DNA of 60,541 nt, filler included, from Thelocarpon superellum (taxonomy: Eukaryota): the NCBI GenBank assembly GCA_026025795.1. It is 2 parts of 2 records of this genome, joined end to end, with 100 filler letters (N's around TTAATTAATTAA, not from the genome) between each part and the next. Parts side by side here need not be neighbours in the genome. Positions count along the whole stretch, not along the records: positions 1 to 30,288 come from JAPEUG010000205.1; positions 30,389 to 60,541 come from JAPEUG010000206.1. One strand, 5' to 3'. This document shows, piece by piece, positions 27,544 to 40,438 of the stretch; the first letter of the stretch is position 1, and every line of letters begins with the position of its first letter. The notes beneath the pieces are model-generated. The model was not told where the DNA came from. It did not search any database and worked only from the letters and a program-made list of their open reading frames with translations. The translations under genes and the position numbers were made by a program.

Positions 27544-29693
27544 TCACATCGCTTGACCAGGCGCCGGTTTCCGTGCTACGCGTGCTTGGCTCGGTCCTCC
27601 TGGTGCTGGCGACGCACTTCGTCCGGGCGAGCCACTTCGCAGTGCCGGGGGAATGCCCTGAGGCCCAGCATTAGGGGGCGGTCGGTTGAATTGACTAGGC
27701 CCTGGTGGACTGGCACGGTTGGCTTGGCCGTTCATTAGAGAAGAGGAATTGGCCCGAGATCGGCCGCCAACGGGAGTGCCCGATGGCGAAGGGTAGCCTT
27801 GCGGTGGCGGTCCGTAGTTTGCCTGAGGACCTGGAGAGTTGCGGCCGCGGTTGGGAGACAGTGGAGCGGGAGCGCGTCCGTATGGACCCGTGGGCGTCAT
27901 GGGCCGCGGCGGTCCCCCGTATCCGTTGGGCGGACGGCCGCCAGCAGGCGACATCGGCCGTGGTGATTGACGGCCACCGGCGGGCGACATCGGACGGGGT
28001 GGTCCCGGACGTCCGCTTGGAGACATGGGTCGTTGTTGACCGTACATCGGCCCCATCGGTGGCCCCATGGGAGGTCCTCGCGGGGGACCTTGCTGCTGAG
28101 GCACACGCATTCCTGGTGGAGGTGGTCCCCGTGATCCAGCTCCACCTGGGGTCTGTCCCGCAGGTCGAGGCTTTACCGGTCGAGTCGAGAGGCAGGTCCG
28201 CGGCGCGACACCTTGTTGAGATCGGTCAAGACGAATGCACAGGGCCTGTTCATGAAGTCAGAGGCGGTGTCAAGATGATGGAGCAAGAAATGCCGTACCC
28301 AGCCATCATCGTACTCATGCAGCAATCGCACCAATTGTCCCGCCTTCAGTTCCAGTTCGTCCTCCATCGACGGCTTAAAGTCGAGTTGAATGCGGTGAAC
28401 CGGACTGCCACTTGAGCCTCCGGGTGCCGCTCGTCCTGCCCCCATGGCGCCCGCGGCCGCACCAACCCCCGCCGCAGTACCTGTCGTCATCGCCGACGTC
28501 GTGCTATACTCCGATGCGGTTGGGCTGGCCGGGCGACGCATACCGGGCTCTGGGAGACTGTTGACCGACGACATGGAGCTGTGCATATCCAAAAAGGAGG
28601 CATTGGCGGCCTTGTCCATGGGATGGGCGGTTCCATTCGGTCCCGTCGGTCCATTGGGGCCGCGAGGGATGTTGGGTCCGGGACCGGCCATCATCGCGTT
28701 CACAGGACTCACCGCAGCGGCTGCCGGACCAGACATCGGCGGACCATCCTGGTTCGACGGCTCGGCGTGATTGCCAAAGGGATTGTTGGGGTCGTTGAGA
28801 CGTCGTTGTTGCACCGGCTGAGGATTGCCGCCACGGAAGGAGGGGGCAAGTTGTTGCGGCGGGCCAGCCACGTTTCGGCCCAGATTCGGGTCAAACTGCG
28901 TCACCGGCCGCAGGCTCAGTCGTGGGGCAGTCGAGGCGGTCCGCACAGAGCGGGTGCTTGGCGCTCGTGCCGTGCCAAACGGTGCCGTACCAAACGGGTC
29001 CCCGCTGCTGGACATGGCTGGCTTCTCGTCTTCAGTCTTGGCGTATCCGTCGCGCTGCGCCAGCTTGCGGCGATACAAGACGAAGCCCAGCGCGCTGAGC
29101 AATCCGAGACCGATGAGGACGCCGGCAATGATGCCGATGATGCTGCCAGTGGACATGCTGGAGCTGGTGGTTGACGCCGTGTCCGACGATGCCGACGTGG
29201 AGGGCGAGCTACTTATAGTGGGGGGAACAATGTTGCTCAACGCACTATCGGTGTTCGAGCTGGACACCGGCGATATCGCCGAGGGACTGGTGGAGCTGGC
29301 CAGCGACAAGGAACTCGGCGAGTCAGCCGACGTGGCCGAGGGCGACGAGGGGCTCTGCGACCCGCTGGACGCGCTTTGCGATTGTGCACTTTGCGCGCTG
29401 TGTCCATTCTGCTCCGACTGCTGGTTGTTCTGACTTTGGAGCTCCGAGGGTGGGCCCGCCTGCTGTTGTCCCGGCGAGGAGGTCGAGCTGTCGTGCTGCG
29501 ATGGCTGCGGCGCCGCCCCGATGGTGGTGTAGCCAGCCACGGGCCCGCTGAAGGTCGGCGCCGCCGTCACATACACCACCGACACAATCGTGGCGGGATT
29601 GCGCGTGTCTAGATGCCCCAGAACATGCCCAAGTTCAGGCATCACCTGCGGCCCCAGGCTTCTCCGGTGGTGGTGGTGATTATGGTGCGCCAT
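27544..29693 (-). CDS. Single-pass membrane protein with S/T-rich ectodomain, SH3 domain and Pro/Gly-rich tail (Fus1-like architecture), ~698 aa
   Basis: Exons 29693-28299 and 28245-27544, 2097 nt in total. TM IIGIIAGVLIGLGLLSALGFVLY-RRK; SH3 VHRIQLDFKPSMEDELEL...EYDDGW|ALCIRLDRSQQGVAPRTCLS. Confidence 0.9.
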
Positions 29694-30247
29694 GGTGGAG
29701 AGGACGAAGGGAGAAGAGGAAGAGCACGGACGACCTTCTCTTCCAGGGGCGCTCGGTCGACGACTACTCCTAAGCAGTGTCTCCGGCGACAGGCCACGGG
29801 CTCCGATCGGTCCAGATATGGCACAAAGCGATCGTCAAGACCGTTGGCGAGTTTGGGATAAGCGTTTGATTGCCGCGTTTGAGCCAAGTCGTAGCCTCGG
29901 TAGGATGGGAGAGGACCGGAGCTGGAGGGCGATCAAACGAGCGATGGAGTGCGCTCCACGTCGATGAAGGAAGGGCACGTAGACACACACAGAGAAGGGC
30001 AGAAGAAAGGGAGGAAAAGAACGTGTTGTTGTGAAGACGAAAAGAGGGATGGGAGAGGAAACGAGCGGATGACGGGCACGTTCAGGACCAAGGTCCACCG
30101 AAAACGGGCCAGCAGCGATGGGCCAGGTGCCAGGAGCAGGACGGGTGCGAGTGCAGACGCGGTCGTCCTCCTACGATTGACCAGAGCCGGGGCCTCCCCG
30201 AAGCGTGAGCGTGGGTAGCCGGACGGAGCGAGGGCGAGGGGGGCACC

Positions 30248-30288
30248 AGGGAGCCAGGGAGCCAGGGAGCTAGGGAGCCAGGGAGCCA
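30248..30288. repeat. (AGGGAGCC)n tandem octamer at the contig end
   Basis: About five units run into the N gap. Confidence 0.85.
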
Positions 30289-30388
30289 NNNNNNNNNNNN
30301 NNNNNNNNNNNNNNNNNNNNNNNNNNNNNNNNTTAATTAATTAANNNNNNNNNNNNNNNNNNNNNNNNNNNNNNNNNNNNNNNNNNNN
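30289..30388. other. Artificial assembly spacer: 44 N, TTAATTAATTAA (stops in all six frames), 44 N
   Basis: Exactly 100 nt and symmetric; typical contig-joining linker. Confidence 0.97.
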
Positions 30389-31181
30389 CCGAGGCATGAC
30401 CCCACCATTCATGGCTTGCGTCGAAATCTAGGCTGGATAAGTTTGCAACTGTCTCGCCACTTCAGTCCTGTTTGCCCGAGTAAAAGTTGGGCGTCGAGAT
30501 CGAAGACCGAAAGTTTGTACATGTCACAGGTGGCATGATGTTCTTTTCTTGCCCCTCGTGCTCCAGCACGAGCCAACTCCAATTCAACGATGGTGTGCGT
30601 TCAGCATGCGACCGTGTCAGCGTAACCTTGCAGCGAAAGGAGCACGAACAGCACACGAGCACAACTAATCGGGGGCCCCCTGTTCACTGAGTGGCTAGTT
30701 GGGGGAACTCCTGATAAACCAGGATAGAAATCAAAGTAGTGTGGAGGTCTCCCTGTTTACTGCAGAAGTAGTCTGGAGTATTCCCCACTATGTCAATGTA
30801 GATATTCGAAGCACTACATATGGACACTCGTCACATCAAGACTGTCCTCTTATTTGATGGGGAGTGGGGGGTGCGCAGAGCAATGTCCGTCCATCCTTGG
30901 GTCCTTCCTTTTCGTTCGAGTTTTCCTCCGCCTGGCGAGATCTCTTGGTGGCAAAACCAACGCCGCATTGATATCAGGGATTCCCGTGGGAGGAGCTGGA
31001 TGAGCTACCCATTTCGATAAAAGTAGGTGGGTCTGACCGTCGAGGTGGAGTAGGAGCGGGAGTGAGGAAAGTGGGTTGAAGGATGAGGATGTTTCAGTTC
31101 TAATCTTGGCACGAAGTCGCTCCGCGACACATGAGCCCGTCCAGTTAAGACCCATCGTAGTACGCGCATGAATCCTATCAG

Positions 31182-31271
31182 TGTAGGAATCAGAGCTGAA
31201 TTGCTAATCTACACATAGTCAGGATAGTAATAGGAGTGGGCACGTGACCAGGTCACATGCGCGCTCCTACA
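31182..31271. mobile_element. Mini element (solo-LTR/MITE-like), copy 2
   Basis: Perfect 7-bp terminal inverted repeat TGTAGGA/TCCTACA, flanked by direct repeat TCAG at 31178-31181 and 31272-31275. Confidence 0.65.
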
Positions 31272-31991
31272 TCAGTATGTTAAGTTAGCATCTTGCGCCC
31301 ATCGCCGGTACCGGGCAGTGACCGCCAATCACATTTATGCCTTTGTGCCAAGGTTCTACTCAGGCAAACATCGCACGTATTACGTAGTGGACCAAGGATG
31401 CTGCCATTGCTTCTTCCCTGATGTTTGATGAGCGCAGGGATATGATACTCACCGATAGGTCGACTTTCTGCGGGGAAAGGGAGACGGTGTGAGGGCACGA
31501 AACGGGCTATGACTGATGGGGAATGTGGCTCGGTGTGGCGGATCGGCTTGTCACCTCTCTAATCATCTGTACGCGCAGCACGTTGCTCTAGTTGGCCAAG
31601 ATAACGCTGGGTGGTGCGTCAATGCGATGTCGTCGCGAAACGGACGACAGGCGAGATCCCACGTCCTCAGGCCCTGCATGGAGTCTGCTCCGTCGTACGC
31701 TGCGGCCGAACCGTGTCCAACTGATCTAGTACGGCATGACATTCAGGCACGAGTGGCGGTGGCTGATTGGATCACGACCTCGCATGGAGAAATTTAGAGT
31801 ACGACGATCAAACAGGAAAACGGGAATGGATTTTGTGTGCTTGAGCGCGGTCTATCCAAAGTCTCGCCGTCCCCGCACTCTATACTCAAACAACAAGGCG
31901 ACGCATCGATGATACCGGCATAGGGCACCACCCTACTTCCCGCTCGAGTCGGCAATCCCTCGTCTCCTTCCTCCGCGGCCTACAAGCCGGC

Positions 31992-32800
31992 TTAGCTGGG
32001 CGCAACCGCACCCGAGGGGCTGCCCGTGGCATTGTTGACGCTGGAAGACGACTGTTGAAAAGGCACGCCGACCGTGTTGCTGCGAGTGTGGTTGACAGGG
32101 TTGCTAGGGTCAAAGTTCGACTCGTTCCAGGGGCTGGACATGAGAGCTCCAGTCAGGTTCGTCTGGAGGAAACTTCCGTTCAAGGGGCCCGGGACAGTCC
32201 AGTAGGTGGATCCGTTGGTCGTGTTCTGGAACTGCCACAAGTTGTTCGGGAGGGCCAGATAGCTCAACGTCGTGATCATGAAGCCGTAGGGTTCCACGTG
32301 GAATCCCACGACGGCCGGGGGGCTGGGAAAGGCATGTCAGCGATGATCCAAATGCACATCAGGCAGGCACGCAGCACGTACACAAGAAGCCAGAAGGCAT
32401 TGTTAAGTTGGAGGAGGGCCGAGTTCGGCGCGCCAACGTAGTACTGGCTCGGGTCATTCATGTGGTATTTGAAGGCGAAAGTCGTGTCATTCTGCGCGCT
32501 GTCGTGGCAGAGGACGAAGCTGTCTACGGGCAGGTCGGTGCTGGTGAAGTCCAGCGTGCAAAGCGTGGACGTGTTGGAGTCGGGCGCGGTCAGACCGAAG
32601 CTGAGGTGGCTGCCGTGTCCATCCACGCCGGTGTCGTTGAGAGCGATCTTCCCGGCGCTGGTGTTATACGTCACCATCGTGAGGTCGCTGATGACCAACG
32701 GGTCCACATTCTGGACGCGCTCGATGACGGTGGGCACAGCGCAGAAGGCGGGAAGGGCGTAGAGCGCCAGCGCGAGCGCGGAAAAGGTCTTGAGAGCCAT
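31992..32800 (-). CDS. Small secreted, heavily N-glycosylated protein (possibly AltA1/AA1-like fold), ~249 aa
   Basis: Exons 32800-32382 and 32322-31992 (GTACGT...GCTGAC...CAG, 750 nt in total). Signal peptide MALKTFSALALALYALPAFC; SFGLTAP...TLC...C...FAF pattern; 11 N-x-S/T sequons. Confidence 0.8.
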
Positions 32801-34431
32801 TGCGGTGGGAGGGGAGACAACGAGTGATGGAGCTTGACGGGTGTGATGGAATGTACGGGATGAGGCTGAAAAGACTGACGAGGAAGAGTCGGGCAGAGTG
32901 GGCCAGAGAGTGTGGAACGGCGAAGAGACGCACGTTTATACTGCCTCGACGAAATGAGGGGCCTGGACACATGAATTTTTCATGAAGGCCCGCTAGAGCG
33001 CATGAATCCCGTGGCCCCCTCCGCGATCCTGCCTATGACCTCGCAGGGAGCTCATCCTTCGCCACGAAAACAAGAAGAAATTCGCGCGTCCGCTTGGACC
33101 ACGCCTGCACTCTTGGTCATCGCGTCCGCGGAGGGGACGGACCAGGACGACGAGCGTGACACGGATGGAAGGGGCAAAAGAAGGAGAAGGGCGCCTTCGC
33201 GGTCGATAAGTCGGGCGAGCCGAGTGCGTGGTAGAAGTTTCGCCGCCATGCCTGCGCCTCCATTCGACCTCGGTCATCCAAGGCGCTCTCCCAAGGCGCG
33301 GCCACAGTGGCGTGTCATTTCACGTCCGCTCTCGCCACACCCTCGCCTTAACACGTCCGGGCGGGAGCATAGTGGCGTTTCAAGGCGTCGTCAATTTGGC
33401 AGGCAGCAGCGAGCGGTGGTAGGGCTGTCGTGTGGAGCAGATGGAACGAGGACGAGGAGAGAAGGATCTAGGTGGACAAGCGTCTGCTCGGGAGATAATA
33501 ATACCGCAAGCATTTCATCATGCGGCATAGGCGCCGCCCTCAGGCCTCCTGCGAGCCATCCTTGGCCTATACGATGTGCCTCCATTCACGTTTGATGCCC
33601 AAACTTATATGTGGATGTGGCAGCCGGCCGTTATTATCCATAATTTCGATCTAGCGGCGTCTGCTACGCTCTCCCTTGCAACGCCTTGCATTGCAATGCT
33701 ATGCGATCGACATGACATCAATCGCTAAAGCTCGAATAGAGTTCTAACCAATACAGCCGCCGGGCGCTGCAAGCGAGATGACCTTTACCAAGGGATGGTA
33801 TGCCTCTTATGCCGTCCTTTGTAGGTAAGACCTGTCCAACGAGCGGGCTTGCCTCCGTCCGAGCACCACCACAAACACCCAGCACGAAGGCTCAGCGCGC
33901 ACCCAGCGCGAAGGAGAAGCTGAACACTATCGCTTACGACCGTGCATGGCTACGACCCTGTGTTGGACGGCATAGCAAATGATTGAACCGTGGGCCCTGA
34001 GACTCTTGGTCTTCATCTGGAAAATCGTCGACCCAGGGGGCACTCAGGATGTAATTGCCACTAGTATAGCCAGCGATCGTGGAGGATAGGGATCCTTGTG
34101 ATACTTTCCCTGCGGAGGGAACTGGACCAAGAGATGACCACCGTCATGCGAGTTGACGGCCGGCTAAAGCTGCTCGCCACGGCACCAGTGATTGGACCCT
34201 TCGCTAAAAGTTCCCGCCACGGCAGCAGCAGACGCCTGCTGACAACGCAGCTCGAAGCTTCTCGAGCTCGCCGGTGGCAGGCGTGGGAGATGACCATATC
34301 CAGATCGCGGGCGACTCCTGCACCGTCGGTCGGGTGTTCGCTGACGACAACTCCGCAGCCTGGGTATCGCGGCCGGGACTGCGGCCACCCATTTCCGTCG
34401 TATATCAGGCCCGGCGAATACCCATCGGAAG

Positions 34432-35423
34432 ATGGCGTCCGGCGGAGCAGACAAGCCGGTCGAGGCCGAGAGTTATGCAAGCATGGATCGAGGCGATGTG
34501 GAAGCGATCGGAGCGCACTGTCAGTTGCCCGAGTGTCACCAACTAGACTTTCTGCCTTTTCGATGCTTGAGCTGCAAAGGGTGAGTAAGATCCGGACCTT
34601 CCGCCACGGGGTGGACGGGCTAAGCAGGCCCAGGACCTACTGTCTCGATCATCGCAGCGAAACCGCGCACCGCTGTGCGTCGGAGGGTGCGTGGGCGGCC
34701 GCACGGCGAAAGGCCGAGCTGAAGGGGGCCAGTTCGACTACGACGACATCGCGCCCGACCGTCACGACGGCCACGCAATGCTCGCATCCGCAGTGCAAGA
34801 CCTTCATCAATACGCCCCAGAGCTTAGGGGTGTTGTGCTCGACATGCCACCGGCAGTATTGTGTGAAGCACCGGCTGAATGAGGAGCACGACTGCGCCAA
34901 GCTCGTCCCGCTCGGGGCCCGTCCGGGCAACGCCAGCTTCATGCCTAGCCTGCAAACAGAGAAGGCGAAGATGGCCCTGTCCAAGCTCCGGGCCTGGGGC
35001 AAGGGAAAGCAGGCGGATCTGATGCCCAAGCCGCGGCCCTCCTCCAACGCCGCACGAATCGTCGCGCTCAATCAGCTCAAGAAGACGGCCAAGGGAGACG
35101 GCAAGATCCCGATTGAGAATCGAGTCTACCTACACATCGAAGCCTCGGCCGACACGACGACGGCGAAATATCCGACAGGTAACTTCTTCTACTCCAAGGA
35201 CGTGAGCGTTGGGCGGGTGCTGGATCTAGCGGCGAAGAGTTTGCAGGTACAGAACATCAACAACCGGGGTGGTGGAGAGGAACAGAAGCTGCGCGTCTTT
35301 CACGTGGAAGGCGGCCGATTATTGGAGTTTGGCGAGAAAGTGAGCGAATCTCTCGTGAGTGGCAACACACTGGTCTTGTTACGAGGGGTTGGCCCCCCCG
35401 TGCCGGACTTAATTCGGGTATGA
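34432..35423 (+). CDS. CUZ1: AN1-type zinc finger plus ubiquitin-like protein (Cuz1/ZFAND1), ~312 aa
   Basis: Exons 34432-34580 and 34634-35423, 939 nt in total. IGAHCQLPECHQLDFLPFRCLSCKG|TYCLDHRSETAHRC; second AN1 finger YCVKHRLNEEHDC; SVGRVLDLAA. Confidence 0.92.
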
Positions 35424-35878
35424 GGGGCTTGGGATGGTGCATCATGGCTTGGAAAGGGTCAGGAAAGCATTACCTTGGTGTTGGTGTGACCACAGAATGT
35501 CTTTGTCCTCCTTCCTCGCTCCTCGAACCGGAGAAGCGGGGCACGGGCCTTTGACGTTACGTTTGACTGGACCTACTCGCATATGGTCGTGAGAGATATA
35601 GCAGAGCGTGGATGTATCTCATGAACATCGTTTTGGCAACTCAAAGCTGCATAGCATAGACGTTTAGATGAGTTGAACGAAAGAGGCGTATCGGATTTGA
35701 AGTGACTTGGCGTGATGCTCGTCGCTCAGAATGCCGCGGTAAGCCACTCTACCGACCCAATCTTAGCAGCACCGCGACTTACGCAAGAGGGCCCCCTAGG
35801 TCATTGATCGATTGAGGCAGGCCATAGACCCCACGTAGTAAGTGGGAGGGACCCCGACATCCGGGAAAGACCCGATGA

Positions 35879-37088
35879 ATGACTCCGGGATCTAGTCATG
35901 TCCAGACGCGGTCCACGGAGCAGCCCTTCCTCGTCTACGACCCATCCTTTCTCGAGATCATCGGAAGCACCCCCACGCTGCAGGTGCTCCTCGAAGACGC
36001 CCATCCCATCTTCCACGAAGCCGGGGTCTTCATCGACGACACCATCTACATCACCAGCAATCGCCATGACCACCTGGGCAACGGAGAGGCCGGGATTCGC
36101 ATCCACAAAGTCCCGATATCGCGGGACGAGACCACCGGGGCGGTCACGGCCACCTCATGCATTGAACAAGCCAACGAGACCGTGCCCATGGCCAACGGCG
36201 GGATCAATTACAAACGGGGCATTCTCTTCTGCGCGCAGGGACGACAGGGCGAGGGCGCCGGCACTGCAGTCGCGTCCAGTCTCGTTCACGTGCACTCGCT
36301 GGACCCGTTCCAGGGGCAGGAGATCCTGAACAACTATCACGGACGGGCGTTCAACTCTCCCAACGACGTGGTGGTGCACAGCGGCGACGGATCCATCTGG
36401 TTCACCGACCCCATCTACGGATGGGAGCAGGGGTTTCGGCCCGCCCCGGCGCTGCCAAACCAAGTCTATCGCTTTGATCCCGCCACGGGCGACGTTCGTG
36501 TCGTCGCTGACGGCTTCAATCGGCCTAACGGCATCTGCTTTGCGCCGGACGAGAAGACGGTGTATATCACCGACACGGATTTCATCCACGGCGACGGCTC
36601 GACGGATGGAAATCGAGCCGCGACGGTGTGGGTGGTTTCCCTCTGACCCCCTTCCCGCGTCCATTATCCCTCAGACGCAGGATCCTGACGTTGTGCTTGG
36701 GTGTAGCTACGCGTATGACCTGGTCGCCACGGCAGGAAATGCGCACCTCTCCAACCGTCGGGTCTTTGCCCACGCTGACGCCGGCGCTCCGGACGGAATC
36801 AAATGCGATGTCAAGGGACACGTGTATTCAGGCTGCGGCGACGGCGTTCACGTGTGGAACTCGCGCGGAATGCTGATCGGGAAGATCGCAGTGCCTGGCG
36901 GAATCGCCAATTTCTGTTTCGGTGATGGAGGGGCAGGATGGCGTGCGAAGCTGGAGACGAGCCAGGGTGGGAAGGGAAAGGAGCTTGACGGCGAGTATGG
37001 GGAACTGTTCCTCCTCAACGAAACGAAGCTGTGGTATGTGCGTCTGGGAAAGGGGGTCAGGGGCGCGTTGTTGAATCCGCCACATTGA
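35879..37088 (+). CDS. SMP-30/gluconolactonase-family lactonohydrolase, ~376 aa
   Basis: Exons 35879-36627 and 36707-37088, 1131 nt in total. FHEAGVF, MANGG, FNSPNDVVV, WFTDP.YG, RPNGICFAPDEK, PDGIKCD..G.VYSGCGDGV. An extra upstream exon cannot be excluded. Confidence 0.92.
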
Positions 37089-37222
37089 TGGCTATCTGAT
37101 CTCTGGCTCTCTTCTCGTCTGGTCTCCAGACTCTAGACATATCCATGGAAGTAGAAGAAGTAGTCAACAAACGGAGCCAACCCACCCGTCCCACCCTAGA
37201 GAGAACAATCAAGTGGACGTGG

Positions 37223-38442
<1,220 letters not shown>

Positions 38443-38502
38443 GTTGATCTACTTCAGTCCTCGTCATATGTCTTGGACGGTATCCACTGCGTACGGTTGC
38501 TG

Positions 38503-38540
38503 ACGCGTTGATTCTACGAGTCGCGTCGAGGACGACGCGA
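38503..38540. promoter_or_regulatory. Cluster of three MCB-like elements upstream of thymidylate synthase
   Basis: ACGCGT at 38503, TCGCGT at 38521 and ACGCGA at 38535, 60-100 bp upstream of the ATG. Yeast CDC21/TMP1 is a classic MCB/MBF target. Confidence 0.65.
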
Positions 38541-39478
38541 CTGGTCTTTATGGCCTGCAGTCCGGCGAACTGAGCGCTTGCCCCACCTCGTCTGGCCCGC
38601 CGTAGGTGGTGGGGTCCGCCCCACTACTCGTACAGTCCTGCGCAGGCTCCCTCTCCCTCGTTGAAGAGCAGACGCTCGTTGCACCTTTGTGGTGCCTTAT
38701 ACTATCTGACTACTGCATATGTTAGTACGGTTTGCTCCGGACTATACCAACCCAGTGGTACAGGTCCCCCTCCCAACGAGTGGTGCTCTTGCGCTAGTGC
38801 TGAACTTGTCAGTCTTGGGCCTGGGGCGCGTGTGCAGATGGTGGGCAGCGTCTGCTGGCTGCGAGACTCACGGACGCCACGACTCCTCATGCCTGGTCTG
38901 CCCGCTCGACCACGATAAGATCGAGTACGAGGACCACTCTTAGCTCTGCACACCCCCTCCTGTGCCTACCCGGGCAGCTTATTGAATGATCAGTCATCCG
39001 TCGTCGCAAGATAGATCATGAGGCAGAAGGCAGGAGGAAGTGCCCACGCTCAGTGACTGTATGGCTCACGCTCAGCTCTTCCAGCTCTGGCTCGGTTGCT
39101 TGGATCAATTCATGCAATATCGGTTTGCTCTCCGTCCAGTACCCGGCCACTTGAAACGCATGACATTGTCGTCAACAGATCGACGTCATGCGAGTCACAG
39201 AAGAAAGATAATCGTCATCCGTGGCGCTCCTACGCTGATCATCCGTTTCCCGTCACGTTCGACGGTTTCTAGGACCGTTCGCCAATGCATCAGATCTTCG
39301 TTTCTCGATAAAGATAGCTGATGGGTTCAACATTCGAACCCAGACTCCGTCCTGAATCCCGCAAATGCGCGGGGCTAATCATAGCGATGATGCGCTCGTT
39401 TATGTCCACAACGTCGCTCCAATCATGCGTGGAGTATCCCAAGATCCATTGCAAAGATCCATCGCAATGATGCACGCG

Positions 39479-40438
39479 TCATGCTGCTCTCTTCTCGTTG
39501 ATGGCCTTGAGCTCCATGTCGCTAGAAGTGCCGATTGTCAGCCTCGCGAATCCACAGCGTCACATCTTCCAACTCACAAGATCAGGTCGGCGCTGGGAGG
39601 AACGTAACCCGGAAAGCCGCTACAGTGGCACTGGTTAGTCGTCGCGTGCGCCACGTGGACGAACTGAAAGCCGGCCCCGGCGGTGTGGTCGGGGTGCAGG
39701 GCTCGAGGAAGTTGGCTTCTTACCGCGGCCCGTAAGCGAGGTCACTAGGGTTCCGAAGAGTCGGTCAGCGTGGGGAACGAGCGCTCGGGAAAAATGCCAC
39801 AAAGTCGAACAGGCCGAGAGAGCGGTCTCAGCTTGGCACCACCTCCCGCAACATGCGCGAGAGTTACCACGCTGCCCTCCACGAGAAGGTGGCAGTCCAG
39901 AGCGGGGTGGCCGCAGCAGGTGACCACGGAACATACCTTGCGACTGATATGCAGGCCCTTTCGCCGAGAGACATCTGCATGACGGCTTGGTCCCAGCCTA
40001 CCAACCAGACCACATCAGACCCGCCAACCCCAATCGTGTGCCAGGACCGGCGCACTGATGGTGTGCGCCGGCTGGTTAGGCTTGCGATAGCCAGGTGCTC
40101 CCGCCACGGCGGACGGGAGAATGCAAAGAGGCGGTAGGATGCGTACCTCGGATCATTTTGCCCTCTCCGATCTGGGACACAAACTCCCCACGCCCAATGG
40201 AGGTGTCGAATCTGAGGACACCGCGGCGCTTAGGTCAGGTCGAGAGCAGAAAGGGTGGAGGACCACGGTGACAAGAGATCTCAGGATGCGGGCCCACTCA
40301 CTGTCTCCCTTTGAAATCGCGATGTGGCTGCGTCGGGTCGTAGAGAAAGCCGATATATTCTAGCCTGACCCAGTCCCCACGGCGAGGATAGTCGATGCGG
40401 TTGCCGTCTGTCACGACGGTACGATCCACGCCGATCAT
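39479..40438 (-). CDS. FKBP12-type peptidyl-prolyl isomerase (FK506-binding protein 1B-like), 122 aa, 6 exons
   Basis: Exons 40438-40302, 40211-40147, 39997-39937, 39744-39724, 39619-39578, 39521-39479, all GT-AG and phase-consistent. Protein: MIGVDRTVVTDGNRIDYPRRGDWVRLEYIGFLYDPTQPHRDFKGRQFDTSIGRGEFVSQIGEGKMIRGWDQAVMQMSLGERACISVASDLAYGPRGFPGYVPPSADLIFDMELKAINEKRAA. Confidence 0.93.

Noticed and set aside
30333..30344. TTAATTAATTAA as a piggyBac TTAA target or regulatory palindrome
   Set aside because: Centred in an N run of exactly 100 nt total; an assembly linker.
34098..34633. N-terminal part of the 441-aa ORF 34098-35423
   Set aside because: The real first AN1 finger is in another frame (ATG 34432) and is joined by intron 34581-34633.
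39322..39341. Hairpin GGGTTC-N7-GAACCC containing TTCGAACC (tRNA T-loop-like), plus GTTCGA hits near 11701 and 53344
   Set aside because: No cloverleaf, acceptor stem or A-box could be built.
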